Below are positions 24,966 to 37,153 of a stretch of DNA of 49,330 bases, piece by piece; within the stretch, counting starts at the first letter, position 1; each line of letters starts with the position of its first letter. The position numbers and the translations under genes are program-made. The notes under the pieces are model-generated. The model made no database searches. It saw nothing but the letters and a program-made list of their open reading frames with translations, and was not told the DNA's origin. Source of the DNA: Veleropilina oligotropha (lineage: Eukaryota); the NCBI GenBank assembly GCA_048128005.1, contig JBEUKZ010000056.1, forward strand, positions 1 through 49,330. The letters are read 5' to 3'.

Positions 24966-26900
24966 CAAGGGATCGTTCGATAACCGCCAGGCGTGTAAAC
25001 GTAAGTCGTTCGGCGATGTTGTAATACACGGCTGCGCGTCTGCATTAACCGGCCCGGTCTCTGCGGGAGCGATAATGTTCGGTCGACGATCAGATCGAGG
25101 AGGGTCGGAAACCAAGGTTGCGTGCGATATAGGGGCGCGATTAGCGTTATCAGCAACGTTCGGTCGATGCCTTCTGTAATACCAGTGTTAGAATGCACGA
25201 CGGGGGGAAGGCACACGCGGACAGATTCTCCCATGTCATTGACAGTGCGGCGACCGCTAAGGCGGCCGGGTCCGAGTACGGGGAGACATACAGAGGTAGT
25301 CGGTAATTGAATTCTGTTGTAAACAGATCGACTTGGGGTTGCGACCACCGGGGGCAAACATCCCGAGCTACTCGGCTGTGTAGCGTCCACTCTGTGTGTA
25401 TTATCTGTGATTTCCGAGAGAGCGAATCCGCTCTGACATTCAGCTTTCCCGGGATGTGTCGGGCTCGAATCGTCGAGTTGAGGGACATCACTAGGCGGTG
25501 GAGGTCTATTGCTCGGTCGCAAAGGGGACGCGAGCGAGTGCCGCCCTGGTGCTGGATGTAAGCGACGACAGTCGTGTTGTCCGTGGCGAGCATTATATGC
25601 TTGGTGCGGAGATGTGACGAGAGGGACCGTACTGACAGGTAAACGGCTTCTAACTCTAGGAAGTTGATATGTCGTCCCTGAAGGTCCGTCGGCCATAGGC
25701 CTGATGTCTCGTAACTGTCGAGGTGACCACCCCAGCCGTCGTTCGAAGCGTCTGTGAACAGGTAAGCGTTCGGCTCTGGCGGGGATATAGGAACCGACTG
25801 GTCCGGCAAAGCAGGGTTCAACCACACTGCTGTTGTGCTGGTAAACCAATGCCGTAGATCGATGCGATCCGTCCACTGCCCCGTCCGTTGTATCCAGCGA
25901 TCCCTGAACGCCTGCTGCAACGGTCGTTTGTCCATGCGACCCGTCGGTAGCAGGGTCGCTACCGACTCGATGTGCCCTAGGACAGTGGCCAGTTGTCGCG
26001 CTGTAGTTACGTCCGATGACAGGGTGTCTTGGATAACCGCGCGTAGGTTCCGCATACGCTACTGGGTCGGCTTCGCGGTGTACCGGACCGTATCGAAGTC
26101 GACTCCGAGGAACGTAAACGTCGTCGAGGGCACGAAGCAGGATTTTGTCTCGTTGATCTGAAATCCCAGGCACTTCGTCGATGACAGGGTAAAGCTCGTA
26201 GACCGGAGGCACAGATCCCGGGACGCCCCGAGGATCAGCCAGTCGTCGAGGTACATATGTACCCTGTGCCCTAGAGAGTGTAGGAAGGCCCCTAGGGCCT
26301 GTACTGTTCTCGTGAAGACGTAAGGGGCAGACGATAGACCGAACGGTAGGCACCTGAATTGGTAGATCGTCTCCCCGTGTATAAACCGAAGGTACTGATG
26401 AGCCGTGACATGCATCGGGACATGCAGATACGCGTCGGTCAGATCAATAGACACTGCCCAGTCGCCCGGACGGATGGCCGCTCGTATCTTCGAGAGGGTT
26501 TTCTGCTGGAATTTCTCGGTACGAAGATATTAGGTTACGAGAGATCGAAGATCGGTCGTTAGCGGCCATCGGGATTCGGGACCAGGAAGAAATGGCTGTA
26601 TTATCCTGGTGTGCTGGGCGGCGCGGGATATATCGCTCTTATTAGGAGCAAATCCCGCACTGCCTGGTCTAAGACCGCTTGCTTCTCTCCGTTTAGGAGG
26701 CGAGCGTGTCTTGGTGGTGGTGCCTCGTTTAGGGTCGGATGCCGGTTGAACCAACTTGTATCCGGCACTCACGATGGAGGGACCCAGCTACTGTCTGGTA
26801 GTCTAGCCACGGCTGGCTGTACGCTAACAGATACGCTTCCACCGGCGGAAGCGGGCAGCTGGGACTGTCGTGTGTGCCGGCAGCCCTAGGGCCGAGGCTT
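24813..26900 (-). pseudogene. pol: DIRS-A RT/RNaseH/methylase, frameshifted
   Basis: DLTDAYLH, LPFGLSSAP, YLDDWL, FTDAS, HINFLEL, DLF..CAFPP, spread over several ORF pieces. Confidence 0.9.
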
Positions 26901-29020
26901 CCCTCTCCCGCTCTGACGGGAGCTTGTTGGAGGTGCTCGCCTCCTCGGAGTGGGTTAATGGCCGGGGGCCTACCACCCGAAGAGGGCTTTGCACGCTTGG
27001 AAGGCTTCGGGGTCCGGGTGGGCCCTGAGCGCTTCCTCGAGTCGGCAGGTGGACCCCGGGTAGGGTGCAGTACCGCCTTCTCGATGGCACGGTCCTTCAT
27101 GTCCGCCGCTCTCTTGTCGACGAACTCCGTAAAGTTGTCGCCAAAAAGAGTGGCGGCCGAGCAAGGCACGCATCGCAACGAGCGCCGGGTGGCCTCGTCT
27201 AGCGAGGTGCCTTCAAGGTAAGCGACCCTACGAAGTAGGAATGCGTTACCCAGGACACGTCCCGTCTCCAACGCGTTGGTCTCCATAACGGCAGCAACCT
27301 CCTGGAGGAAGGACAGGGCAGCCCACGGGCGCCGGGTCCATCCTCCTGTAATACGGCTATCGCCCCGTCTAGGAAAAAATCCTGAACGGACGACAGCCGC
27401 AGAGCCCATCGGGCGGAGCTCTCGAAAGCTTCCAAGGCGAACCCAGGAACTCTCGCTACAGAGGGAGTGTGACTGGCGGTCAGTCAACGCAACGCTGCGT
27501 CAACACGAGCCGGCACAGTCGCCAGGCACGGACCAGTACATGCGAACGGGATCGAACGCGAACTGGCCCGGAGGTACCTCCCACTACGGAACCCCGAAGG
27601 GTACTCGGTCAGTGGGGAGGACTCCACCGGATTGCGCCCCCGACTGAGCTTGGTTGTCGAGTCAACACCCGATCAACCAGCCCAGACTGAGGTAAGGAAG
27701 GAAGCAAGGGGGCTTCCTTCTCAACAAACCGATGCGCCGCCGTCCTGTGCTTGACCGGGCCTACATACGACCGAGTCGGTTCCGGCAGGTCAAGCACCCC
27801 GCGAAGTGACGCAACAGCGTCGAGTTCGGCGGGTGGTGGAGGTCGGCTCCTGCGTGCCTGGAAGACTACCAGCGTCTTCGGGCCCGACCGATACAGGGAG
27901 GTCGGAGTGAGTGGAGTCGAGGTCCTCGTCGGAACGAGGTTCGATCCCCACCACGGAGGCAGGAGCCGTGCTCTGCGCCACAGGCAGAGGTGTAGGTACC
28001 TGGAGCGGCTAGGAAGCCGGTTGCCAGGCCCGACATCGGGACTCGAACTCCGCCGCGAACATAGCCTGGACGTTCTCTAAAGAGAAACCCGGAGGCATGA
28101 CGGGCGTCGAACTAACAGCCGGTAGTTCGGTCGAATACACCGTGGCGCTAGGTAGACGGGCTGCATGGACAGGTGTAGCCGAGAACCCTTGTTTTAGGGT
28201 CTCGGGACACGTGTCGAGTGGTCGAACCCGAAAGAACGGCCCGAAGGCAGGTTCGGTGGGCCGGACGACCGGTAGGACTGCGGCAACAGTCCGTATCGGT
28301 CTACCACTCTGTTCGAGAGAGGCACGGTCGGAAAACCGCCGTAGAACCCCGTCCCGAACGCAGCCGGTCTGTCCACGTTCTCTAGCGTGACCATCGTGGG
28401 TGCACGGGAGAGAACGGGCCCTCTGAAAAGCTCGTGAGCATCGAGGTTGAGCGGAAAACCCTTAGGGGTAGTCGCGTCGGTCTCGAACGAGGATTCAGGT
28501 GTCGCCGATTGTCCGAGTCTTAGACCTACAAGTAGGTGCCCGGCCTCTTTAAAGGCTTTCTCTGCATTGAGTCTGTCACCGTAGGAAGACGGTGAGTTTC
28601 CCGCAGAAGGACTAACTGTCCCCTTATTCTTCGAGGCCGAAGAAAAGGATGGGTATTGTCTGCCCTGTTCAGCGGTTCGCTGCGTTGCCAGATATACCAT
28701 GCTAGCCGGCAAGGTATGGTTGGCTGCAGTTACTAGGCCCGTTTTAGGAGGATCGAACAGCACTCGGGCTCCTACCTGAATCTAGGGTCCCGGCAAGGTT
28801 ACGGCGACTCCCTATGAGTCGCGGAGGTGACGCCGGTAGAATCGGCGACAGACGGCCCCTTTTAAGGTCGACTGTCGTCCAGCGACCCCTGAAGTAGACA
28901 AAAAAACGTTAATTCCCGTTAACCTACCATTTTGTCCAATCTCGGGGGAGAACCCACCGTGGTCCGCACCTCGGTGGATATACGCTCGCCCACTGCCTGC
29001 TGTTAAATCTAGGCACAGTT

Positions 29021-29073
<53 letters not shown>

Positions 29074-29146
29074 GGTGAACACGGCATTCCGTGCGCCTAG
29101 AAATCCGTGAAACTACGGGTTGCACCCGGAGTTGCACCGGACCATA
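26826..29146 (-). pseudogene. gag: DIRS-A gag-like ORF1, fragmented
   Basis: Pieces (LGNAFLLRR..TLFGD, APLLPSLPQSGLV, GLVTAA..LPAS, TECRVHR) match DIRS-B ORF1. Confidence 0.85.
29024..29072. repeat. (TA)n microsatellite inside DIRS-A gag
   Basis: Direct. Confidence 0.99.
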
Positions 29147-29821
29147 CATCCCTCTCCCTGAATACACGGGAGGGTAGTAGTGGGCGGAACGGGGTAGTGA
29201 AAAGTATATATTTGGTAGTTGTGACTATTTACTACGACAACTCTTAAAAATTGCCCTGATCTGAAGATCAAAGATCAGACGATATACCGCAAAAAACCCC
29301 GAGCTGGGAACACCGAGGCCGGGTATTTACCCGACACGACCCGGTAAAAAACCAGGCAAATTGACTAGAACAAACGGGGGTTCTCTCTTAGAAAAAACCG
29401 CCCAGAAAAACACCTGAAAACCTCGTGGATGTTTTTATGTTAGTACAATTGTGTATTATCCCAGAAACGGCAGGATAACAGAAAAACGCAAGCGTGATAT
29501 CTAAACGATCCTGCCTATTAACGACGCTAGAAGTTTTATACAATAATAACCAGCAATAGCGTCGTTAAGGAATTATCCAATATAATGAGTTACCTGTTTG
29601 CAGTCTCAAACAATATCAGATAATAATACCGACCAGAAACTTCTTCTTAATTACGAATTTTCCCCTCTAGGCGGCCATGCTTTTCCCTGCAACAGCGGCG
29701 ATGTCGGTTTCAGGTGATTTTCTAGAACTTCGAATCTTCAAATCAACGAGATCAACACTATTCACATGTGTTTATATATCCACAACACAGGGTTATAATC
29801 CTTCACAACTTATTATAAAGT

Positions 29822-32578
29822 TAATAATAATAATAATAATAATAAAGAAGATTTCTATAGCGCCTAATCTGCAGGTGAGCCCTAGGCGCTTTACAAAATG
29901 CAGTAAAAGGATTAATAATAAAACTGCGTAATATTATACATATATACATAGAAGAGAACAAATAGTGAATAGTGGATTTACTGAAAGAGGACAGTTTTTA
30001 GAGAAGTTTTAAAAGAGCTGACGGAAGTGGAGTGTCGTACAGAAAAAGGGAGCGTGTTCCAGACAGTGGGACCTTGATATTGAAAAGAACGTTGACCGAA
30101 AGATTTGGTGCGGGTGGATGGGAGGCAGAAAATGCGATCGTCAGAGGAGGAACGGAGCTGTCGAGAGGGAGTGTAGAGGTGGAAGATATTGGTAAAGTAA
30201 CTCGGGGCGGTGCCATTGACAAATGAGAAACATACAGAAGCGAGTTTATAGTTAATGCGGGAATGGACAGGTAGCCAGTGTAAAGATTTTAAGACTGGTG
30301 TGATGTGCTCTTGTCTCGGTGTTTTGCAGATTACCCTGGCGGCATTGTTCTGAACGGCTTGGAGTTTTTGTAGAAGATATTTTGGTGAGCCAGCTAAGAG
30401 AGCATTACAGTAGTCAATTCTAGATAAGACAAAAGCGCAAACAAGAGTTTTAGTTGCGTCTGTGGAAAGATAGTGACGGATAGAGCTGATTTTCCTGAGT
30501 TCGAAATATGCCAGTCTGCAGGTGTCGGAAAGGTGTTGTTTGAAGGAAAGTGTTCGATCGAAAGTGACACCTAGGTTGCGGACATGAGAGGAGAAATTGA
30601 TGTCAGTGCCATTAATGCAGATGGAGGGGGGGAGTGCAGGGAGTTTTTGGAATTTTGTGGCAGCAACAAGCATGGCTTCTGTTTTGCTGTCATTTAGTTG
30701 TAATTTGTTTCGGATCATCCATGTTTTTAAATCTGAAATGCAGTTCTGTGTGCTGTCTATAATTTGTGGAAGGTCAGATATTTTGCCAGATAGGTGCAGT
30801 TGTGTGTCATCAGCAAAGCTTTCATGCAGTAATGAGTGCTTGTCTATAATGTTAGAAACTGGTCTAGTGTACATGATGAAAAGCACAGGCCCCAGGACAG
30901 AGCCCTGAGGAACCCCATAGTTAAGTGGCGTTGCAGGTGAGTACAGGCCATTGACTGCTATTTTCTGGGTGCGGTTAGTGAGATAGGATCTGAACCATGC
31001 AAGGGTCGTGTCATGGATGCCAAAGGAATTTTGAAGTCTGGAGAGAAGGATATCATGATCTATTGTATCAAATGCAGCAGAAAGATCTAAAAGAGTGAGA
31101 ACAGAGATTTTGTCACCATCGAGAGCAATTAAGAGATCATTTGTAACTTTAAGTAGGGCGGTTTCCGTGCTGTGACCTAATCTGTAAGCTGACTGATGAA
31201 CAGCAAGCAGCATGTTTGCGTTTAAGTGAAGAAGAAGTTGTGAAAGCACAATTTTTTCAACAATTTTAGACAAAAATGATAGGTTTGATATTGGTCTATA
31301 ATGTTTTAGGCAGTTTGGATCAAGAGATGGTTTCTTAAGGTGGGGCCGGACAATGGCAGATTTGTATTCTTGTGGGAAAACACCAGTAGATAATGATTCA
31401 TTAATGACATGAGTTACATGGGGTAATAGAATATCAATGCAATCAAACAATAGACTGGATGGTATTGCGTCAAGTTCACATGATTTGCGTGCAGAGTTGG
31501 TAATAACTGTTCGAACAGTTTGTTCAGACACATGTTCAAATGATGTGAAACGTTCTCTAGTGAAGGGATTGTCATGTTCACAGGGCGACACAGAGTCATC
31601 GATTGCGTCAAGATTGCTGCGAATGGTGTCAACCTTGGATTTGAAAAAGTCCGAGAAACTTGAGGGAAGTTCATTTGGAGAAAACGTTGTCGGAAGAGGC
31701 GAGCTTTTGGATTTCCCAAGTAGATTGTTGGTGACGTTAAACAGTTGTTTTGCAGTGGAACAGGCAAGAATCTTATCAGAGTAGAAATTCGACTTTGCTT
31801 CGAAAACGATCTTGGTGACTTTCTGGTTGGCAGTTATCAAAATTTCCTTGTGGATGTGAAGTCCGGATTTCAGCCACTGGCGCTCTGCTCTGCGGCGCTC
31901 TCGCTTTGCTTCTCGCATTTCGTCGACGACTGATCTATACCATGGGCATGGAAGGCGGTTGGTTATTTTCCAAAGTTTCGCTGGAGCATGCTTATCTAAG
32001 GTAGAACGAAGACATTGGTCAAGTTCCACGGATGTAGGCTTTAATGGGAGAGAATTGAGTGTCGCTTGTAAGTCAGTTTTGAAGTCTATGAGATCAATGG
32101 CAGCAAAGTTCCTTTTCTCTACCAATTTAGGTTCCGAAACTGGCTTGGCTACAGTAAGATGGGCTACTATACAGTAGTGATCCGAAGGTAGACTGTAGTT
32201 CACAGCTGTTGATTCTAAAAGGTTATCGTCTTGTCGATACAGGACCCAGTCCAATATATGGCCACCACAATGTGTTGGGGTGTCCACAGACTGAGATAGG
32301 CCAAAGGTATCGATGAGCTCACTAACCTTAATAGTTGAAGGGTGGTTATGTTGGTCGAAGTGGAAGTTGAAGTCTCCGACAATTAACAAGTGTCCTTTGA
32401 GTATATTGCAGTATTCCAGGAAGTCGAGAAACTGTTTCATGAAATCCTTTTCTGTCAGTTTGTTTTTCTTGTTCGGGGGTGGACGGTATAGGATAAACAA
32501 GTTGAGGTTGGATTGTGGAAGGGTGATGGTTAACTGTACAAGTTCGAATGTAGTATGTTGAAATAAGAAATCCAACTT
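29822..32578 (-). mobile_element. 5'-truncated L2-clade LINE inserted in the DIRS-A 5' leader
   Basis: Open ORF2, a 3' UTR with GTAAAGCGCC..GGCGCTATAGAAAT, and a (TAT)n tail at 29822-29845. Confidence 0.95.
29978..32575 (-). CDS. L2 ORF2 (partial APE endonuclease plus RT), uninterrupted 865 codons
   Basis: YRPP, GDFNFH, THCGGHILD, SDH, YRPISNL, LDLSAAFDTIDH, GVPQGSVLGP, FADD, LHWLPV. Confidence 0.95.
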   Translation of the reverse strand: MDFLFQHTTFELVQLTITLPQSNLNLFILYRPPPNKKNKLTEKDFMKQFLDFLEYCNILKGHLLIVGDFNFHFDQHNHPSTIKVSELIDTFGLSQSVDTPTHCGGHILDWVLYRQDDNLLESTAVNYSLPSDHYCIVAHLTVAKPVSEPKLVEKRNFAAIDLIDFKTDLQATLNSLPLKPTSVELDQCLRSTLDKHAPAKLWKITNRLPCPWYRSVVDEMREAKRERRRAERQWLKSGLHIHKEILITANQKVTKIVFEAKSNFYSDKILACSTAKQLFNVTNNLLGKSKSSPLPTTFSPNELPSSFSDFFKSKVDTIRSNLDAIDDSVSPCEHDNPFTRERFTSFEHVSEQTVRTVITNSARKSCELDAIPSSLLFDCIDILLPHVTHVINESLSTGVFPQEYKSAIVRPHLKKPSLDPNCLKHYRPISNLSFLSKIVEKIVLSQLLLHLNANMLLAVHQSAYRLGHSTETALLKVTNDLLIALDGDKISVLTLLDLSAAFDTIDHDILLSRLQNSFGIHDTTLAWFRSYLTNRTQKIAVNGLYSPATPLNYGVPQGSVLGPVLFIMYTRPVSNIIDKHSLLHESFADDTQLHLSGKISDLPQIIDSTQNCISDLKTWMIRNKLQLNDSKTEAMLVAATKFQKLPALPPSICINGTDINFSSHVRNLGVTFDRTLSFKQHLSDTCRLAYFELRKISSIRHYLSTDATKTLVCAFVLSRIDYCNALLAGSPKYLLQKLQAVQNNAARVICKTPRQEHITPVLKSLHWLPVHSRINYKLASVCFSFVNGTAPSYFTNIFHLYTPSRQLRSSSDDRIFCLPSTRTKSFGQRSFQYQGPTVWNTLPFSVRHSTSVSSFKTSLKTVLFQ

Positions 32579-32700
32579 GATTGCGACATTTGGAGTTGTC
32601 GATAATAGCCCTCGATCTTAACGCATTAGCGTCTTAAAAATCGAAGACAAAGTCGAAAGATTTGCGGAGCAAAAAAACACGTCTTTCCGTTTTCGCGGAA

Positions 32701-32902
32701 AACTTTGAATTGAGGTCTTGTGACTTCGATGGTTCGGAAGTCTCGCGAGACTTGGCGAGATCTCGCTGGGGGAACTTAGGAGAGCGGGAGCAGGGGGGTG
32801 ATCGTGGTACGTTTTGACTTATAAAGAGTGCATAATGTGACTTATTCACTGTTTCCGGTTAGCGATAATATTACTATTATGGCAAGAGTAAGGACGTAAG
32901 TA
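32701..32902. repeat. DIRS-A 5' ITR
   Basis: Reverse complement of 22802-23004. Confidence 0.95.
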
Positions 32903-32918
32903 AGTTTGTAACTACATA

Positions 32919-34330
32919 CTGATGTTATTAATAGACTGTCTGAAAAGCCTAATATATGTGATGTATTACCAATCCATTCACCCGATATTATCTATGATAT
33001 TGTACAAAAAATGAAACCAAATATATCAGCTGGGTGTGATGGTCTATCAGCTGAACATCTAAAAAATGCGAACATTAAAGTGTATATTCATCTATTTTTA
33101 TGTATTAATTGTATGCTGAGGCATGGAAATTTACCTAAACAACTAACTTATGTTGTTGTTAGCCCCGTTATAAAAAATAAAAATGGCGACATAACTAAAT
33201 CTGATAACCATCGCCCAATTGCGGTTGCCACTATTGTTTATAAAATCATCGAGAAAGTCATTTTATTATTATGTGAAAATAAGCTGTATACTTCTGACTT
33301 TCAATTCGGGTTCAAACCGAGGCGATCCACAGATCGATGTATATATGTACAAAGAAACTGTAAATTTTTATTGTACAAATGGTAGTCCTGTGTATATATG
33401 TTTTATGGACGCTTCTACGGCATTTGACAGAGTAAACCACTGGTCTTTGTTGAAAAAACTTCTCGATCGTGAAATTCCTCTGTATATTGTGCATATTATA
33501 AATGAATGGTGTAAAATACAGCTATTTACTGTTAAATGGGGGACTGCTTTTTCTCCGGTATTTGGGGCATCTAATGGTGTTAGGCAAGGAGGTGTTTTAT
33601 CTCCTTTTTTGTTTGTTGTGTATCTACATGACCTGGACACTAGCTTGTCCGATACTCAGGTTGGCTGTAATATCGCTGTGTTTTTATTAACCATTTAATT
33701 TATGCAGATGATATATGTTTACTATGCCCGTCGGCTTCTGCGCTGCAGAGCTTATTAAATGTATGTAATGAATATGCTTCATCACATGATATTATTTTTA
33801 ATTACAACAAAACTGTTTGTATGCTATGTAGACCTAGAGGTCAAAAAGTATTTTCTTTTCCGTGTGTTAAACTTGGAGATAACGTATTAAAATATGTAGA
33901 GCATTATACTGATCTAGGTCATATTCTGTCGTGTGACCTGTCGGACAATAGAGATACTGATAATCAGATAATCAAATTATGCATAAGGGCAAATGTGTTA
34001 ATCAGAAAATTTAAGTCATGTTCTAACATAGTAAATAAATTTTTATTCCAATCATATTGTAATACAATATATTGCTGTCAACTTTGGTATTTGTATAAGA
34101 AAGCGAGCTTGAACAAATTACGTGTCATGTACAACAATGCATTTCGTTGGATTATGTTTATAGACGAGATTGTAGTGCAAGTTATATGTTTGTGATCAAC
34201 GGTGTTATGTCATTTGGTGAAATTTGGCGAAAAAATATCTTCAGTTTTAAAAGCAGGGTGTGGAAAATTCAAACAATGCCCTTCTACAAACATTGCAAAA
34301 ATCCGATCTTGTGTTCACTTCACCCCTGCA
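32919..34330 (+). pseudogene. LINE ORF2 C-terminal part: reverse transcriptase, frameshifted
   Basis: SAGCDGLSAEHLK, QFGFK, FMDASTAFDRV, GVRQGGVLSP, YADD (~33701-33712), ANVLIRKF..CS. In frame with 22741-22765 once DIRS-A is removed. Confidence 0.9.
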
Positions 34331-34450
34331 AGAAAACTGGCATAATGCACTGTATTATTAATCTTGTATATATGTTGATGTAAAATCATACTATTAATAA
34401 GTTATATCAAAACATTTTTTATGTCTGAAATAAAAGTATTATTATTATTA

Positions 34451-34686
34451 ATATTCCTTCTCAACTCTCTCTGAGAGTATTACGGCCAAGTACATGCCTG
34501 TTAGGCGCTTGACCAGTCAATCTGACATATTCTGCCAACCAGGTACCCATTTAGATATCGGATCGGCTGGGTGAACCGAGGCAATATATGCTTAATTCCT
34601 TGACCAAGGGAAGTCGCCGGGATCGGGGTTGAACCCCAAACCTCTCGAGTGAGAGGCCAGTGCATCTACCACTGTACCACGGCTGC
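34451..34686 (-). mobile_element. 5' part (tRNA head and central domain) of the split SINE
   Basis: Minus strand GCAGCCGTGGTACAGTGGTAGA (A box), GGTTCAACCCC (B box), then CTTGGTCAAGG..AAGCATATA..GCCTCGGTTCACCC..GGGTACC. Confidence 0.8.
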
Positions 34687-35129
34687 TATCACATGAGATG
34701 ATCTATAAATACAACAAAAAAGATGTTACATTAATCTCTCAATTTCTATCTATAAAATGAATCATTGTAATTAATTATTCACCAATGAAAAGGTTATATC
34801 GGGTGGCCAATAAAATACTTCCCGAAATTTAAAGGTTAATGACTTTGCAATGAACTACTATATTTTTATGAAACTTCACACAAGTAACAAAAGTGATGTT
34901 ATTTATATATTCTGAAAGTTTCAAGTCTCTATATCACATACTTTTTCTGTTGTCGGATAAATATAAACAAACTTCAAAAACTGCAAGGGCAACGTCCAAA
35001 AAGCTGCATAGTTATCTTATATTTACTGAAAGAAGTGATAAATATGGTCTCCATCTGCTTCAAAAACTTGATATCGTACTTCTAACCGGTAAAACATATT
35101 TATGAAGATCATGAACATTTTTGTGAAAG

Positions 35130-36708
35130 TATTGGAATTACTACGGAAATGGTTGAAAGATAAGCTTAATAAATGTCAGTAAAGCTCCAGGTCCTGATAA
35201 CATATATCCCAAATTGCTAAAATACGGTAAGGATGAATTAGCAAAGCCATTAGCCCTGATATTCAATAAAACTCTACAAGAAGGCAGCTTGCCTGATGAC
35301 TGGAAAACTGGAAATATTACCCCAATCTTTAAAAAAGGTAGTCGATCAAATACCCAAAATTACCGACCTATTAGTCTGATATCAATAGTAGGCAAATTAA
35401 TGGAATCTATCTTAAAGGATGCTATTTTAAAACACATAAATAAATTTGGCCTTCTCAACCTTAGTCAGCATGGGTTTATGGAGAAAAGATATTGATTAAC
35501 AAACTTACTGGAATTTTTTGAAGATGTAACAAGTGCAATTGACACGGAAAAACCAGTTGATATTATATATCTTGATTTTCAGAAAGCATTCGATAAAGTA
35601 CCACATAGACGACTTTGCAAAAATTAAGTAACCATGGCATTAAAGGCCCAATACTAAATTGGATATGTAAGTGGCTAGAAAATAGAAAACAGAGGGTTGT
35701 AATAAATGGGATAAAGTCAAAGTGGGAACCGGTATTAAGTGGAGTCCCACAAGGTTCTGTTTTGGGATCATTGTTGTTTCTCATATATTTGAATGATATT
35801 GATGACGTCATTACATCTCTAGTAAAAAATTGTACAAAATTATCTAAACTGAAGAAGATGCAAAGAAACTTCAAAGTGACTTAAATATTTTTGTAAAATG
35901 GTCTGATGATTGGCAAATGCTTTTCAACACCAGTAAATGTAAAGTAATGCATATGGCAACAATACCTATAATAATTATTATGAAATGGGTTCAGAAACTT
36001 TACAAGAAGTGGCCAAAGATTGAAAGAAAATGATTTGGGTGTATGGGTAGACAAGACTTTCAAACCATCAAATCAATGTGCAGAGTCAGCCAAAAAGATA
36101 AATCAAATATTGGGAATGATAAAGAGAAACTTTAATTTTAAATCTAAAGCCATCATAACTCGCCTATTCAAGCAAATGGTTAGACCGCATTTAGAATATG
36201 CAGTGCAAGCATGGTGTCCATATCTTGCAAAGGATATCAATATTCTAGAACAAGTTCAAAGAAGAACCACAAAATTGATAGGAGAACTAAGGGAATTGCC
36301 ATATGAGGACAGACTAAGAGCACTTAACCTCACAACATTGTCTATGAGAAGGACACGGGGGGATATGATTCAGGTATTTAAAATGTTTACAGGAATTGAC
36401 AATGTTGACAGTACTTTCTTTTTTCAGATGAACCAAAGACCGACCAGGGGCCATAAATACAAAGTTTACAAAAAAAGATTCGACTCGACGTTAGGAAACA
36501 CTTTTTCTCAAATCGGGTTGTTGATGAATGGAACAGTCTTCCTAGTAATGTAGTAGAATCAACATCTGTAAACCAATTTAAAAACCGCATAGATTATTAT
36601 TTTAAGAAACAGGGCAGGCTATAGATGACCAGAAACGACAATGGGTTTTAATATGAGTGGCAGTAATGCACTTCCTAAACCCAAACAAATTCTATTTAAA
36701 TTTAAATC
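35130..36708 (+). pseudogene. 5'-truncated CR1-clade LINE, degenerate RT
   Basis: KAPGPDNI, NYRPISL, YLDFQKAFDKVPH, GVPQGSVLG, VRPHLEYAVQAWCPY, RGDMIQVFK. The FADD motif appears deleted. (ATTTAA)-type tail. Confidence 0.9.
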
Positions 36709-36744
36709 TACATTATCAAAGATGGCTATCAGAGAGGGGAAAAA

Positions 36745-36976
36745 ACATAAGTTTCCCACGAACCTTTTACCAGATTTACTCCAAATAACTCGGTCCTCCT
36801 CGAAGAAGAACCGGATAGGAATCTAGATCCGGATGCTATGATGCAATTTCCGGTTTTCGGATTTTTACGATTGTAATTCATTTTTAGAAATATTGATCAT
36901 AGACATTTCCGACTTTCACCATCGTCTTCCTTGGCCTCGAGGCGAGAGTTTGCAATCTCCTCTGATTGTGGTTGTA
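36745..36976 (+). mobile_element. Helentron-like element, short copy C
   Basis: Matches 3905-3970 and 6055-6133. Ends CCTCGAGGCGAGAGTTTGCAATCTCCTCTGATTG. Confidence 0.55.
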
Positions 36977-37153
36977 TTTTCTGTCATTAGTTGCGCCATG
37001 ATTTAGACTATGTATACATTCATAAAGAGGATCCCTGGCGACAGATGTGGTACCATAGGTGGTATCACTACCATTTTGATAAATGTTAGCTTCCCGAAAC
37101 GTTACAGATTAGCTAACGACGTCATCAGGTAGATCAGCTAACGACGTCATCTG

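Larger units (their letters stand above)
22766..32918 (-). mobile_element. DIRS-type tyrosine-recombinase retrotransposon A, ORFs decayed, contains an L2 insertion
   Basis: ITRs at 22802-23004 and 32701-32902, ICR at 23063-23152, and gag/RT/RH/MT/YR remnants collinear with DIRS-B. Confidence 0.95.
20344..34450 (+). mobile_element. Non-LTR retrotransposon (RTE-X-like, clade tentative), 5'-truncated in ORF1, split by DIRS-A
   Basis: ORF1 and endonuclease on the left, RT and (TAT)n tail on the right. Candidate TSD ATATT at 20339-20343 and 34451-34455. Confidence 0.8.

Noticed and set aside
29806..29811. CAACTT as TSD of the L2 (again at 32573-32578)
   Set aside because: About 10 extra bases lie between it and the tail, so it is not convincing without the empty site.
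34797..35130. Mariner-like terminus TATCGGGTGGCCAATAA
   Set aside because: No matching second TIR was found in the window.
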